Origin: Planctomycetota bacterium
GTDB taxonomy: Bacteria > Planctomycetota > UBA11346
Assembly (NCBI GenBank): GCA_038231435.1
Contig: JBBRLJ010000022.1
Span: 30,575-94,574 of the forward strand
Direction: 5' to 3'
DNA: 64,000 bases
Position 1 is the stretch's first letter; every line of letters begins with the position of its first letter. A program made the position numbers and the translations under genes. Below, piece after piece: positions 26,825-36,512 of the stretch. A model generated the notes under the pieces. The model saw only the letters and a list, made by a program, of their open reading frames with translations, did not search any database and was not told the origin of the DNA.

Positions 26825-28038
26825 AATACCTGGCGCTCCTGCAGAACCACTTCGGCCCCTTCCGCGTCTTCGAATACGTCTCGAGCCGCGTGGTGCTCTC
26901 GGCGGTGACCGGATTCGTGCTGATGCTGGTGGTGATGCCGCCGCTGATCCGTTGGCTCAAGCGCAAGAAGTTCGGCGAGAGCGGTGCCAAGGGCGACGGC
27001 GCGGTGGTGGTCGACGCGATGCGCGACAGCAAGAAAGGCACGCCGACCATGGGCGGCCTGGGCCTGGTCGCGTGCATCGCCGCTACCGCGCTGCTGTGGT
27101 GCGATCCAACCGAGGCGCGCACCTGGCTGATGGTGTTCGGACTGGTGATGTTCGCGCTGGTGGGCTATCTCGACGACCGCACCAAGATCTTCAAGGGCGC
27201 CAAGGGCACGCCGACCTCGGTGAAGCTGGGCATCCAGCTCGGCGTCGCGCTGGCGTGCGGCATCGCCCTGTACCTGATCAACGAGCACTACTATCAATCG
27301 CTGGTGCTCGGCAAGCTTTCCGAACTCTCGGTCGCAGACCATCTCATCGGCTCGCCGCCCGAGTTCTACCGCAAGCACTTCGCGCTGACCGGAGACACCT
27401 ACACCGTGCGCCTGGCCGTCCACCAACTGGTCTTCCCCTTGATGAAGGTGGAATACGCGGTGAGCCTGGGGATATTCTCGATCTTCTGGGTGATGTTCGT
27501 CACCACCGCCTGCGCCAACGGGGTGAATTTCACCGACGGCATGGATGGGCTCGCCGCCGGCACCATGTTCATCGCCGCGATCGCCTTCATGGTCATCGCC
27601 TACGTCACCAGCCGCGTCGACAGCGCCGACTACCTCAAGGTGCTGTACGTGCCGGTCGGACAGGAGGTGGCGGTATTCTGCGCAGCGATTGCCGGGGCGT
27701 GCCTCGGATTCCTGTGGTTCAACGGCTCCCCGGCCGAGGTCTTCATGGGCGATACCGGCAGCCAGGCGCTCGGCGGCAGCCTGGGCCTGGTGGCCCTGAC
27801 CACCAAGCAGGAGTTCCTGCTCGTGCTCGTCGGCTTCATCTTCGTCATCGAGGCCGGCTCGGTCGCTTTGCAGATCGCGAGCTACCGCCTGCGCGGCGGC
27901 AAACGCATCTTCCTGTGCGCGCCGATCCACCACCACTTCCAGTACAAGGGTTGGCCCGAATCGAAGATCGTCATGCGCTTCTGGATCATCGCCGCGCTCG
28001 CCGCCCTGCTCGCCCTCGCCACCCTGAAGCTCCACTGA
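26818..28038 (+). CDS. mraY: Phospho-MurNAc-pentapeptide transferase
   Basis: KKGTPTMGG, GYLDD, NFTDGMDGLA, FMGDTGS, APIHHHF. Confidence 0.97.
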   Translation: MLKYLALLQNHFGPFRVFEYVSSRVVLSAVTGFVLMLVVMPPLIRWLKRKKFGESGAKGDGAVVVDAMRDSKKGTPTMGGLGLVACIAATALLWCDPTEARTWLMVFGLVMFALVGYLDDRTKIFKGAKGTPTSVKLGIQLGVALACGIALYLINEHYYQSLVLGKLSELSVADHLIGSPPEFYRKHFALTGDTYTVRLAVHQLVFPLMKVEYAVSLGIFSIFWVMFVTTACANGVNFTDGMDGLAAGTMFIAAIAFMVIAYVTSRVDSADYLKVLYVPVGQEVAVFCAAIAGACLGFLWFNGSPAEVFMGDTGSQALGGSLGLVALTTKQEFLLVLVGFIFVIEAGSVALQIASYRLRGGKRIFLCAPIHHHFQYKGWPESKIVMRFWIIAALAALLALATLKLH

Positions 28039-28089
28039 CATGCACACGATCGCCGCAGCCCGCACGCCGCACGCCGCACGGATCCCGTC

Positions 28090-29274
28090 ATGACCACCAA
28101 ATGGCTGCGGTTCCAGCTGTGGGCCCTGGTCGCCGCGTTGTGCGGCTTCGGCCTGGTGATGATCGCCTCGACCACCGGCACCATGAGCGGCAAGGACGGC
28201 GGAGTCACCTACAGCTACATCATCAAGCAGGCCGGGGCGATGGGCCTCGGCACCCTGATCGCCGTGGTCATGAGCGCGATCGGCGTCGAGCGCTGGCGCG
28301 ATGGGCGGCTGGTCGCATTGGCGGTGCTGGGCACGGTCGCGGCGTTGGTCGCGGTGCTGGTGGTCGGCCGCAGCATCAATGGCGCGCGCCGCTGGATCGA
28401 TCTCGGGCCAGTCAACCTGCAACCTGCCGAACTGGCAAAGCTCGCCCTGGTGATCGCGGCCGCCTGGCATTTCGGCCGCTCGGCCGAGAAGGTGCGCTCG
28501 TACTTCCACGGCGTGCTCATGCCGCTGGCGGCCTTCGCGGTGGTGGCGGGGCTCATCTACCTGACCAAGGACCTGGGCTCGGTGCTGGTGCTGGGCGTGG
28601 TGCTGTGCGCCATGCTCGCCTACGCCGGCGCTCCATGGCTCTACTTCATGTCGATCAGCCTGGCCTGCGCCCCGGCGCTGGTCTACGTCACGGTGTTCAG
28701 CGAGGCCTACCGCCGCGACCGCATCCTCGCCTTCCTGGATCCGGACAAGTACGACGGCCCAGCCGCCTATCACCTGCGCCAGAGCTTCATCGCCATCGGC
28801 AGCGGCGGGCTGTTCGGCGTAGGCCTGGGCGAGAGCTCCTCGAAGCTCGCCTTCCTACCCGAAAAGCACACCGACTTCATCTACGCGGTGGTGTGCGAGG
28901 AATTCGGCATGGCCGGAGCGCTCGCCGTGGCGCTCGCCTTCCTCATGCTGGTGGTCACCGGGCTGCTGATCGCCGCCAACACCAAGGACCTGCACCAGCG
29001 CCTGCTGGCGATCGGCGCGACCATGGCGCTCGGCATCCAGGCGTTCTGGAACATGCTGGTGGTTACCGGTGCGGTGCCCACCAAGGGCCTGACCCTGCCC
29101 TTCATCAGCTACGGCGGCTCGAGCGTGCTGGTGTGCCTGGCCCTCGTAGGTCTGCTCGACGCGGTGGCGCGCGCCAACGCCGAGGAACCCCTGCGCCAGA
29201 ACTCGACCTCGCAGCGCATCGGCGCGCGCATCCGCAGCGAGAAGGCCATGCGTTGGCAGACGGACGGCGCATGA
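28090..29274 (+). CDS. ftsW: SEDS peptidoglycan glycosyltransferase
   Basis: NGARRW, QPAELAK, LPEKHTDFI, LPFISYGGSS. Confidence 0.95.
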   Translation: MTTKWLRFQLWALVAALCGFGLVMIASTTGTMSGKDGGVTYSYIIKQAGAMGLGTLIAVVMSAIGVERWRDGRLVALAVLGTVAALVAVLVVGRSINGARRWIDLGPVNLQPAELAKLALVIAAAWHFGRSAEKVRSYFHGVLMPLAAFAVVAGLIYLTKDLGSVLVLGVVLCAMLAYAGAPWLYFMSISLACAPALVYVTVFSEAYRRDRILAFLDPDKYDGPAAYHLRQSFIAIGSGGLFGVGLGESSSKLAFLPEKHTDFIYAVVCEEFGMAGALAVALAFLMLVVTGLLIAANTKDLHQRLLAIGATMALGIQAFWNMLVVTGAVPTKGLTLPFISYGGSSVLVCLALVGLLDAVARANAEEPLRQNSTSQRIGARIRSEKAMRWQTDGA

Positions 29275-29282
29275 GCGGGCAT

Positions 29283-29340
29283 CCACGGTCCACGGACGCT
29301 TCTCCAGGTGTCCGACGACGGACGACGGACGATGGACGGT
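29283..29340. repeat. Heptamer repeat tract (GACGACG/GACGATG) between ftsW and murG
   Basis: ccgacgacggacgacggacgatggacgg. Confidence 0.7.
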
Positions 29341-29346
29341 CCCTCC

Positions 29347-30579
29347 ATGCCTAAAGCCCAAGGCGTACTGTTTTGCGGCGGCGGTACCGGCGGCCATGTG
29401 CTGCCCGGTCTCGCGGTGGCGGCGGAACTGCGCGCGCGTGGCGAACCTGCGCTGCGTTGGATCGGCGATCCCCAGCGCATCGAGGCCAAGCTGGTCCCCG
29501 CCGCCGGCATCGTCTTGCTGCCGTGGGGCCTGTCGCGCCCACGGCCCATGGACCCGCGTTGGCTGGCGGCTTCGGCGCGCCAGGCCTGGCACTGCTTCCG
29601 CGAACTGCGCGCCCACCCGCCGCGGGCGATCGTCGCGCTCGGTGGCTATGCCGCGTTGCTTCCCGGCCTGCTCGCGCCGCTGTTGCGCCGACCGTTGGTG
29701 GTCATGGAGCAGAACGCCCGTCCCGGACGCACCAACAAGCTGCTGGCGCGCTTCGCTCGCGCCGTGGTCACCCAGTTCCCCGAGGCCCAGGAAGGTCTGC
29801 CGCTGGGCAAGGTGCGCATGCTCGGCAATCCGGTGCGTGCCATCGCCGCGCTGCCACGTGGCCGCGACCAGCGTCTGCGCGTGCTGGTGGTCGGCGGCAG
29901 CCTGGCCGCGAAGAGTCTGAACGATCTGGTGGTCGGCGCGGCTGCCGGACTCGCCGCCGTGCGCGACCTGGTGATCGTCCATCTCGCCGGCGAGGACGAT
30001 CGCGCCCGGGTCGCCGCCGCCTACCTCGCCGCCGGGGTCGAGGCCGAGGTGCACGGCTTCTTCAGCGATATGCCCGGCCTCTACCGCCACATCGACCTCG
30101 CCATCACCCGCGCCGGCGCCACCACCGTCGCCGAGCTGTGCGCCGCGGGCATCGGAGCGCTCTACGTGCCATTGCCCTGGGCCGCCGACGACCACCAGAC
30201 CGCGAACGCCCAGGCGATCGCGCGCATCGGCGGCGCCATCGTCCTGAACCAGGCGACCGTGACTCCCGAGCAGCTCGCCGGGCACATCGCGCGTCTGGCC
30301 GCCGACCGCGCCGAGGTCGCGCGCTTGGGCGTGGCGGCGCATACGCTCGCCCGTCCGCGCGCCGCGGCACACGTGGCCGAACTGGTGCGCCGCGCAGGTC
30401 GCGTCGCGGGCCTGGAGCGGATCCGCTCGCGCCGCGCCGACGCGCGTTCTCGCTGGTCGCGGGCGATTTCCGGCGCCAGTCCGCACCAGAATTCCAGCCG
30501 ACGGGTTCCGGTGACGCTTAACCAGACCCTGAGTCCGACTCTCAAACCGACTCTCAACCAGAACGAGGAGCGACCATGA
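29347..30579 (+). CDS. murG: Lipid II N-acetylglucosaminyltransferase
   Basis: GGGTGGH, EQN, GNPVR, GGSLAA, RAGATT, DDHQTANA. Confidence 0.96.
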   Translation: MPKAQGVLFCGGGTGGHVLPGLAVAAELRARGEPALRWIGDPQRIEAKLVPAAGIVLLPWGLSRPRPMDPRWLAASARQAWHCFRELRAHPPRAIVALGGYAALLPGLLAPLLRRPLVVMEQNARPGRTNKLLARFARAVVTQFPEAQEGLPLGKVRMLGNPVRAIAALPRGRDQRLRVLVVGGSLAAKSLNDLVVGAAAGLAAVRDLVIVHLAGEDDRARVAAAYLAAGVEAEVHGFFSDMPGLYRHIDLAITRAGATTVAELCAAGIGALYVPLPWAADDHQTANAQAIARIGGAIVLNQATVTPEQLAGHIARLAADRAEVARLGVAAHTLARPRAAAHVAELVRRAGRVAGLERIRSRRADARSRWSRAISGASPHQNSSRRVPVTLNQTLSPTLKPTLNQNEERP

Positions 30580-32090
30580 TCTGCAGCCTCTTCCGTGGAC
30601 GTCGCGTACATCTCATGGGCATCGGTGGAGCAGGGGTCAGCGCCCTGGTGCCGCTCCTGCAGGAGGTCGGAGCCATCGTCTCTGGCTGCGACTGCAGCGA
30701 ATCGCCAGTGGTGGCGCGATTGCGTGCCGAGGGTGTGCCGATCGCCCAGGGCCATTCGATGGCCCACGGCGAGGACGCCGACCTGGTGGTGCACACCGCC
30801 GCGGTCGCCATCGACCATCCCGAGCTGGTCGCGGCTCGTGAACGCGGCGTGCCGGTGATCACCCGCGGTGAATGCCTGGTCGAGCTGATGACGGGTACGC
30901 GCACCATCGCCGTCTCGGGCAGCCACGGCAAGACCTCCACCACCTGGATGATCGGCCACCTGCTCACCGAGGCTGGCCTGGATCCGGTGGTGATGGTCGG
31001 CGGATCGGTGGCCTCGCTCGGGGGCGGCGCGCGCGCCGGTCACAGCGACCTGTTCGTCGCCGAGACCGACGAGAGCGACGGCAGCTTCGCCGAGGTCGAG
31101 CCCGAGATCGCCATCCTCACCAACCTCGATCACGAACACCTGCGCCACTACGGCGGCTTCGCGGCCATGGAGGACAGCTTCAACGCGTGGCTCGCGCGCG
31201 TGCCCAAGAGCGGCGCGGTGATCGTGCCCACCAGCGGGCTGTCGGCGCGCGTCACCACCGGCGTTTCCGCACGGATCATCCGCTGCGGGCTCGATTCCGG
31301 CGACTACCATGCCCGGGATCTCGAGCTCGGGCCGGATGGCAGCCGCATGCGCGTCATCGGTTTCGGCGAGGATCTCGGCGAGGTGCGCGTCACCATCCCC
31401 GGCGCGCACATGGCGCACAACGCGCTGATGGCGATCGCCGCCGCCCGCCACGTCCAGCCGGGCTGCGACCTGTCGGCGCTCGCCCGCTGCGAGCGCGTAC
31501 GCCGGCGTTTCACCGTCCACGGCAGCCCCGGCGGAGTGCGCGTGGTCGAGGACTACGGCCACCACCCGACCGAGGTGCGCGCCACCATCGCGGCGGCCAA
31601 GCTCGGCGGCGGCAACGTCCACGTGGTGTTCCAGCCGCACCGCTACACCCGCACCGCCGACTCGTTCCCCGATTTCGTCGCCGCCTTCGACCAGGCACAT
31701 ACCCTCGCGCTGCTGCCGATCTACGCCGCCAGCGAGCAGCCGATCCCCGGCATCGATTCGCGTCTCCTGGCCGATTCGATCCGCATGCGCCAGGGCGGCC
31801 CGCCGACGGTGTTCTACACCGCCGACGAGCAGGAGATCGTCGAGCTGATCGGCCGCGAGGCCGAGTCCGGTGACACCGTGCTGATCCTCGGCGCCGGCGA
31901 CGTGGGCAACCTGAGCGGGCCGTTCATGCGTTTTTTTCGCGTCGCCGGTCCCGACCACGCGGTCGCGGCCGGCCAACCACCCGGCCGTCCACACGGGGAC
32001 GCCCGAGCGCCCGCAAGCGGCCCCGCCGGCGCGATGGCAAGTGACCAATCGGATGAGACCGCGCACCACGACGTCAAGGACGTAGCCTGA
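30576..32090 (+). CDS. murC: UDP-MurNAc--L-alanine ligase
   Basis: GIGGAGVS, GSHGKTST, ETDESD, DYGHHPTE, FQPHRYTRT. Confidence 0.96.
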   Translation: MICSLFRGRRVHLMGIGGAGVSALVPLLQEVGAIVSGCDCSESPVVARLRAEGVPIAQGHSMAHGEDADLVVHTAAVAIDHPELVAARERGVPVITRGECLVELMTGTRTIAVSGSHGKTSTTWMIGHLLTEAGLDPVVMVGGSVASLGGGARAGHSDLFVAETDESDGSFAEVEPEIAILTNLDHEHLRHYGGFAAMEDSFNAWLARVPKSGAVIVPTSGLSARVTTGVSARIIRCGLDSGDYHARDLELGPDGSRMRVIGFGEDLGEVRVTIPGAHMAHNALMAIAAARHVQPGCDLSALARCERVRRRFTVHGSPGGVRVVEDYGHHPTEVRATIAAAKLGGGNVHVVFQPHRYTRTADSFPDFVAAFDQAHTLALLPIYAASEQPIPGIDSRLLADSIRMRQGGPPTVFYTADEQEIVELIGREAESGDTVLILGAGDVGNLSGPFMRFFRVAGPDHAVAAGQPPGRPHGDARAPASGPAGAMASDQSDETAHHDVKDVA

Positions 32091-32092
32091 CC

Positions 32093-33028
32093 GTGTTCAC
32101 CCCGGATTTCATCCACGCCAACCAGGTCGGCGAGCTGCGGCTCGCAACCCTGACCACCATGCGCATCGGCGGACCTGCGACGGTGGTGACGCTCGATAGC
32201 CGGGGCTCGCTCGCCGAGCTGCTCGAACGACCGCACCGCTGGCTGGGCAAGGGAGCGAATCTGCTGGTCGGCGATCAGGGAGTCAGCGAGCCGGTGGCGC
32301 GCCTCGGACCATCGTTCGCCCGCTGCGAGATCGGCCCGCTGCGTAGTGGCGTCGCCCTGGTGGCGGCGGGGGCCGCGCTCGATCTCGCCGAACTGATCGC
32401 CGCCTGCGTGAAGTCCGGGCTCGCTGGTCCCGAGGGTTTGTCCGGCGTCCCGGCGACGGTCGGCGGTGCGCTACGCATGAACGCCGGCACCAGCACCTGC
32501 TGGATGCTCGACTGGGTGTCGCGTGTCGAGGTGGTGCTGCCCGGCACCACCGCACCGCGTTGGCTCGAACGCGCCGAGCTGCCGGCGTCGTACCGCGATT
32601 GCGGCCTGCCCGTTGGCACGCTATTCCTCGGCTGCGAACTCTCGCTCGCCCACGGCGACCCCGGCGCCTTGAAGGCGCAGGGCACCAAGCTCAAGCAGGC
32701 GAAGGCCGCCTCCCAGCCGTTGGCCATGCCCAGCGCCGGCTGCGTATTCAAGAATCCCTCGCCGCAGCTGCCGGCCGGCAAGCTCATCGACGAGCTCGGG
32801 CTCAAGGGCACACGCGTCGGCGGCGCCATGGTCAGCCCGGTGCATGCGAACTTCATCGTCAACCCCGAGCGCGTCGCCAGCTCGGCCGACGTCGCGGCGC
32901 TGGTGCGCCTGATCCGCGAGCGCGCCTGGCGCGAGCGCGGCGTCGAGCTGCGCATGGAGGTCGAGACGTGGAATTGTCCCGACGAGCTGAAGCTGCATCC
33001 CAGGGATCTGATCGGGAGCGTGGCATGA
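32093..33028 (+). CDS. murB: UDP-N-acetylenolpyruvoylglucosamine reductase
   Basis: TTMRIGG, GKGANLL, GGALRMNAG, SAGCVFKNP, HANFIVN. Confidence 0.95.
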   Translation: MFTPDFIHANQVGELRLATLTTMRIGGPATVVTLDSRGSLAELLERPHRWLGKGANLLVGDQGVSEPVARLGPSFARCEIGPLRSGVALVAAGAALDLAELIAACVKSGLAGPEGLSGVPATVGGALRMNAGTSTCWMLDWVSRVEVVLPGTTAPRWLERAELPASYRDCGLPVGTLFLGCELSLAHGDPGALKAQGTKLKQAKAASQPLAMPSAGCVFKNPSPQLPAGKLIDELGLKGTRVGGAMVSPVHANFIVNPERVASSADVAALVRLIRERAWRERGVELRMEVETWNCPDELKLHPRDLIGSVA

Positions 33029-33033
33029 AGGAT

Positions 33034-33085
33034 CGTCCGAACTCCGATGTCCGTCGTCCATCGTCCAGCATCGGGACGACCGATG
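33034..33085. repeat. Heptamer repeat tract (CGTCCAT/CGTCCGT-like) between murB and ddl
   Basis: gtccgtcgtccatcgtccagcatcgggacgaccgatg. Confidence 0.6.
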
Positions 33086-33116
33086 TCCCCCTGACCACGA
33101 GCCAGGGACGGTTCCC

Positions 33117-34097
33117 ATGCTGATCGACGTCATCATGGGCGGCCCTGGCCGCGAGGCGGCGGTCAGCCGCATGTCGGGGTCCGGCATCGCCGCTGGCCTG
33201 ACCCGGAAGGGCCACGATGTGGTCATCGTCGATCTGCGCGGTGAGCTCGAACCGGCCCGCCTGCGCGCGGGCGCGCTCGCCTTCAACATCGTGCACGGAA
33301 CCTACGGCGAGGACGGTCGCCTGCAGGCCGCGCTCGAGGCGCTCGGCAAGTCTTACGTCGGTTCCGACGCGGTCGCCAGCGCCCTGTGCATGGACAAGGA
33401 CAAGACCAAGAAGCGCCTGCAGGACGCCGGCATCCGCGTGCCATGGGGCGTGCGCGTGCATCTCGGACAGCCGTTCTCGCCCAAGGACCTCAAGCTGCCG
33501 AACCATGGCGGCCTGGTGCTCAAGCCTGCGTGCGATGGCAGCTCGGTGGGGCTGCGCATGGTCGCCAATCCCAGCTTCGTGCTGCCGGCGATCGAGGAGC
33601 TGATCAAGGATGTCGGCGCCGTCCCCTACCTGATCGAAGAGCGCCTGCCCGGCCCGGAATTCACCGTGGCGGTGCTCGAGGACGGCCCCGCGCCGCGCGC
33701 GCTACCACCGATCCGCGTACGTCCCGCCGAGGGGGTCTACGACTACGAGGCGAAATACACCCGCGACGACACCGCCTACGAGATCCTCGACGATCCTGTG
33801 GTCGCGGCCAAGCTCGGCGAGATCGCGGTTGCTGCGTATCGCGCCTGCGGGTGCCGGGATCTGGCGCGCGTGGACATCATGGCCACCGCCGATGGCGGCC
33901 TGGCGGTGCTCGAACTGAACACCCTGCCCGGCTTCACCAGCCACAGCCTGGTGCCGAAGGCGGCGGCCGCCGCGGGCATCGGTTTCGACGATCTGGTTGA
34001 TGCGCTCGCGCGCCGCGCCGCCGCCCGCCCGATCACGAACTCTCCATCCCCGTCAGCGAATCCAACCAAGCCGTCCCAGGGAAGCGAACGCCCATGA
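33117..34097 (+). CDS. ddl: D-alanine--D-alanine ligase
   Basis: HGTYGEDG, KPACDGSSVG, YDYEAKY, ELNTLPGFT. Confidence 0.95.
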   Translation: MLIDVIMGGPGREAAVSRMSGSGIAAGLTRKGHDVVIVDLRGELEPARLRAGALAFNIVHGTYGEDGRLQAALEALGKSYVGSDAVASALCMDKDKTKKRLQDAGIRVPWGVRVHLGQPFSPKDLKLPNHGGLVLKPACDGSSVGLRMVANPSFVLPAIEELIKDVGAVPYLIEERLPGPEFTVAVLEDGPAPRALPPIRVRPAEGVYDYEAKYTRDDTAYEILDDPVVAAKLGEIAVAAYRACGCRDLARVDIMATADGGLAVLELNTLPGFTSHSLVPKAAAAAGIGFDDLVDALARRAAARPITNSPSPSANPTKPSQGSERP

Positions 34098-35206
34098 GCA
34101 CCGACCACAGCGATGACGGCGATCCGCAGGCCCTGCTCGAGGCGGCCGAGCGCCGCAAGCGCCAGGCCAAGCGCGCGGCTCCAGACAAGCCCTGGGTCTC
34201 TCCGGAGATCGCGGCGCTCACGCCGGTGAAGCCGTCGCCGGTGGTGGCCGCGGTATCGGTGGCGGTGTCGGCTGATGGCGAGCCCGAGACCAAGCGCGCA
34301 CGCAAGCGCGTGGTCGCCAAGCGCCAGCCCCTGAGCACCGACACCCTGTCCGACGAGGCCGAGGCGAAACGTCCGCGCCGTGCTGCGAGCTTGGCGCGCC
34401 CGACCTTCGGCTCGGGCGCCTGGGCGCGTCTCGGAGCCTGGGGATTCGCGGCGTGCGCCGCGGCTTTGGCAGTGCTGGTGATGACCCTGGACGCGCTCCA
34501 CGAGATCCCCGCCCCGTTGCCGGTAGGCTCTATCCGCATCAGCTGGCTGAACGGGCCGCAGCTGCCGCCCAGCGAAGTGGTGGGCTGGCTCGCGCGCTTT
34601 CCCGCGCGCGATCGCATCAAGGATCCGAATCCCTGGGTGCTCGATCAGCTCGCCGAGTACTTGAAGCAGCAACCGGCGGTGGCCACGGTGCAGCAGGTGC
34701 GCCTGGTCCACGAGCCATCGGCCAACGGCAAGGGCGTGAAGCGCACCCTCGAACTGGTGCTGCGCTTGCGGCAACCGGTGATGCCGGCGATCCTCGCCAC
34801 CGGCGAGCGCGCCTGGGTCGATGCCGAGGGCCGCGTCCTGCCCGGCACCATTCCCGGACCGGTCATCCGCCGGCCGCTCCTGCGTGGTGTCGAGGCAGCC
34901 AAGCCCGGCGTGGTGCTCTCGGCCCTGGCGATGTGGGCGGCGCTCGAGCCCCAGCTCGAACAGGGTCTGATCACCGACGTGGTGCTCAACGATGCACTCG
35001 ACGAACGCGGCGCGCGTGGCATCGTGCTCTATACCCGCCAAGGCAGCCGCCTGATCTGGGGCGATCCCGCCGAAGAGCGCTACGGCGTCAAGCCCGATGC
35101 CAAGGCGCGCGACCTCGCGCACACCATCCGCTGCCAGGGCGATCTCGGGCGCATCGCCTCGATCAACGTCCGCTTCAGCCAACCCTTCTTCGTCTTCCGC
35201 GAATGA
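34094..35206 (+). CDS. ftsQ: FtsQ/DivIB-like protein
   Basis: Position after ddl; long cytoplasmic N-terminus, one TM, LRQPV...WVDAEGRVL and final SINVRF as in FtsQ. Confidence 0.75.
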   Translation: MSTDHSDDGDPQALLEAAERRKRQAKRAAPDKPWVSPEIAALTPVKPSPVVAAVSVAVSADGEPETKRARKRVVAKRQPLSTDTLSDEAEAKRPRRAASLARPTFGSGAWARLGAWGFAACAAALAVLVMTLDALHEIPAPLPVGSIRISWLNGPQLPPSEVVGWLARFPARDRIKDPNPWVLDQLAEYLKQQPAVATVQQVRLVHEPSANGKGVKRTLELVLRLRQPVMPAILATGERAWVDAEGRVLPGTIPGPVIRRPLLRGVEAAKPGVVLSALAMWAALEPQLEQGLITDVVLNDALDERGARGIVLYTRQGSRLIWGDPAEERYGVKPDAKARDLAHTIRCQGDLGRIASINVRFSQPFFVFRE

Positions 35207-35251
35207 TGATTCCTTCGCGACCGACGGCAACTCACGGACACCGCCCCTAGC

Positions 35252-36469
35252 ATGCGCATTTCATCCGAGCATTTCCTGGTGATCCTCTCGATCTCCAGCA
35301 GGCACGTATCCGCCACCGTCGCGGCCATCCATCCCGAGAAGGATGAGAAGGTGGTCGCGCACAAGACCATCGAGTGCTCATGGCACGAGCTGACGCCGCG
35401 CGGGCGGCTCGAGATCGCCGGTGAGGCACTGCGCCAGGCCAACGAGTCGGCGGGTGTCGAGGCCTGGTCGGTGTTCCTGTCGTGCAACGACACCTCGATC
35501 GCCTCGCGCATCGCCGTCGGCTGGGCCTCGCCGGGCGAGGAGATGCCGCTGACCGAGAATGAGCGCGCCTGGGCGCTGCGCCGCGCGCGCGAGCAGGCCA
35601 CCGGCGCCGACCGCGAGGTCGTCGACGTGGTGCCGGTGCAGTGGACGGTGCGCGGTCGCGACGGCGAGCACGAGGTCGACGACCCGGTCGGCTCGATCGG
35701 CAACCATCTCACCTGCCAGGCGCTGCTGGTCACCGCGCGGCGCGGCTTCCGCTCCGAGATGGCCGACATCGCGCGCGGGCTCGGCGTCGAGCTCGAAGGC
35801 GTCATCCCGCAACCGCTGGCGCTCTATCGCGGCGTCTCGGGCAAGCTGCGCTCGCGCGGCAGTTCGCTGGTGATCGATTTCGGCGCTCGCCACACCAACT
35901 TCCTGGTCCGCCGCAAGGACAAGCTGCTGCATGTCGAGACCTTCGGCTTCGGCGGCGACGACCTCACCGCGCGCCTCGCCGAACGCCTGGACATCGACGC
36001 CGACAAGGCCGAGGCGATCAAGCGCGAGCTCGACATCGGCGTCTACGCGGGCGCCGGCGACGGCCCGCAGGGGCAGCAGTTCATCTGGAACGATCTGCAG
36101 GAGCGCCACGCGCTGCTGGGCCCGGCCACCGAGATCTGCGCCGACGCGGTCAGCTCGTTCTTCAAGGAGCGCGCGCGCGACCTACGCGATCACGGCTACC
36201 TCGCCCAGCAGGGGCAGATCCACCTGGTGGGACGCTCGAGCGCCCTCGGCGGGCTGGCTCTGCACCTGCGCGAGATCTTCGACCTGCCGGTGCTGCTCGG
36301 CACCGGCGATCGCAATCGCCAGCCTGGCGACGAGCTGGACGGCCTGCTCACCACCGGGCTGGTCTGCGCCGCCGGCGACCACCGCCGTGAGCGCCTGGCC
36401 CTGCATGCTGGCAGCCTGAGCAAGCGGGCGAGCGGCGTGTGGTCTTGGTTGACGCATGCGCTCAGCTGA
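35252..36469 (+). CDS. ftsA: Divergent FtsA-like actin-fold protein
   Basis: Position after ftsQ; VDDPVG (1C domain), LVIDFGA, GGDDLT...AEAIKR, C-terminal amphipathic GVWSWLTHALS. Confidence 0.8.
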   Translation: MRISSEHFLVILSISSRHVSATVAAIHPEKDEKVVAHKTIECSWHELTPRGRLEIAGEALRQANESAGVEAWSVFLSCNDTSIASRIAVGWASPGEEMPLTENERAWALRRAREQATGADREVVDVVPVQWTVRGRDGEHEVDDPVGSIGNHLTCQALLVTARRGFRSEMADIARGLGVELEGVIPQPLALYRGVSGKLRSRGSSLVIDFGARHTNFLVRRKDKLLHVETFGFGGDDLTARLAERLDIDADKAEAIKRELDIGVYAGAGDGPQGQQFIWNDLQERHALLGPATEICADAVSSFFKERARDLRDHGYLAQQGQIHLVGRSSALGGLALHLREIFDLPVLLGTGDRNRQPGDELDGLLTTGLVCAAGDHRRERLALHAGSLSKRASGVWSWLTHALS

Positions 36470-36483
36470 GGGGTGAGGGGGCG

Positions 36484-36512
36484 AAAAGCAGAAAGCAGAA
36501 AGCAGAAAGCAG
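36484..36512. repeat. Tandem heptamer (AAAGCAG)x4 directly after ftsA
   Basis: aaaagcagaaagcagaaagcagaaagcag. Confidence 0.9.

Noticed and set aside
29374..29400. GGGTGG motif resembling the FtsZ/tubulin signature
   Set aside because: It is the standard MurG N-terminal GGGTGGH motif within a full MurG.
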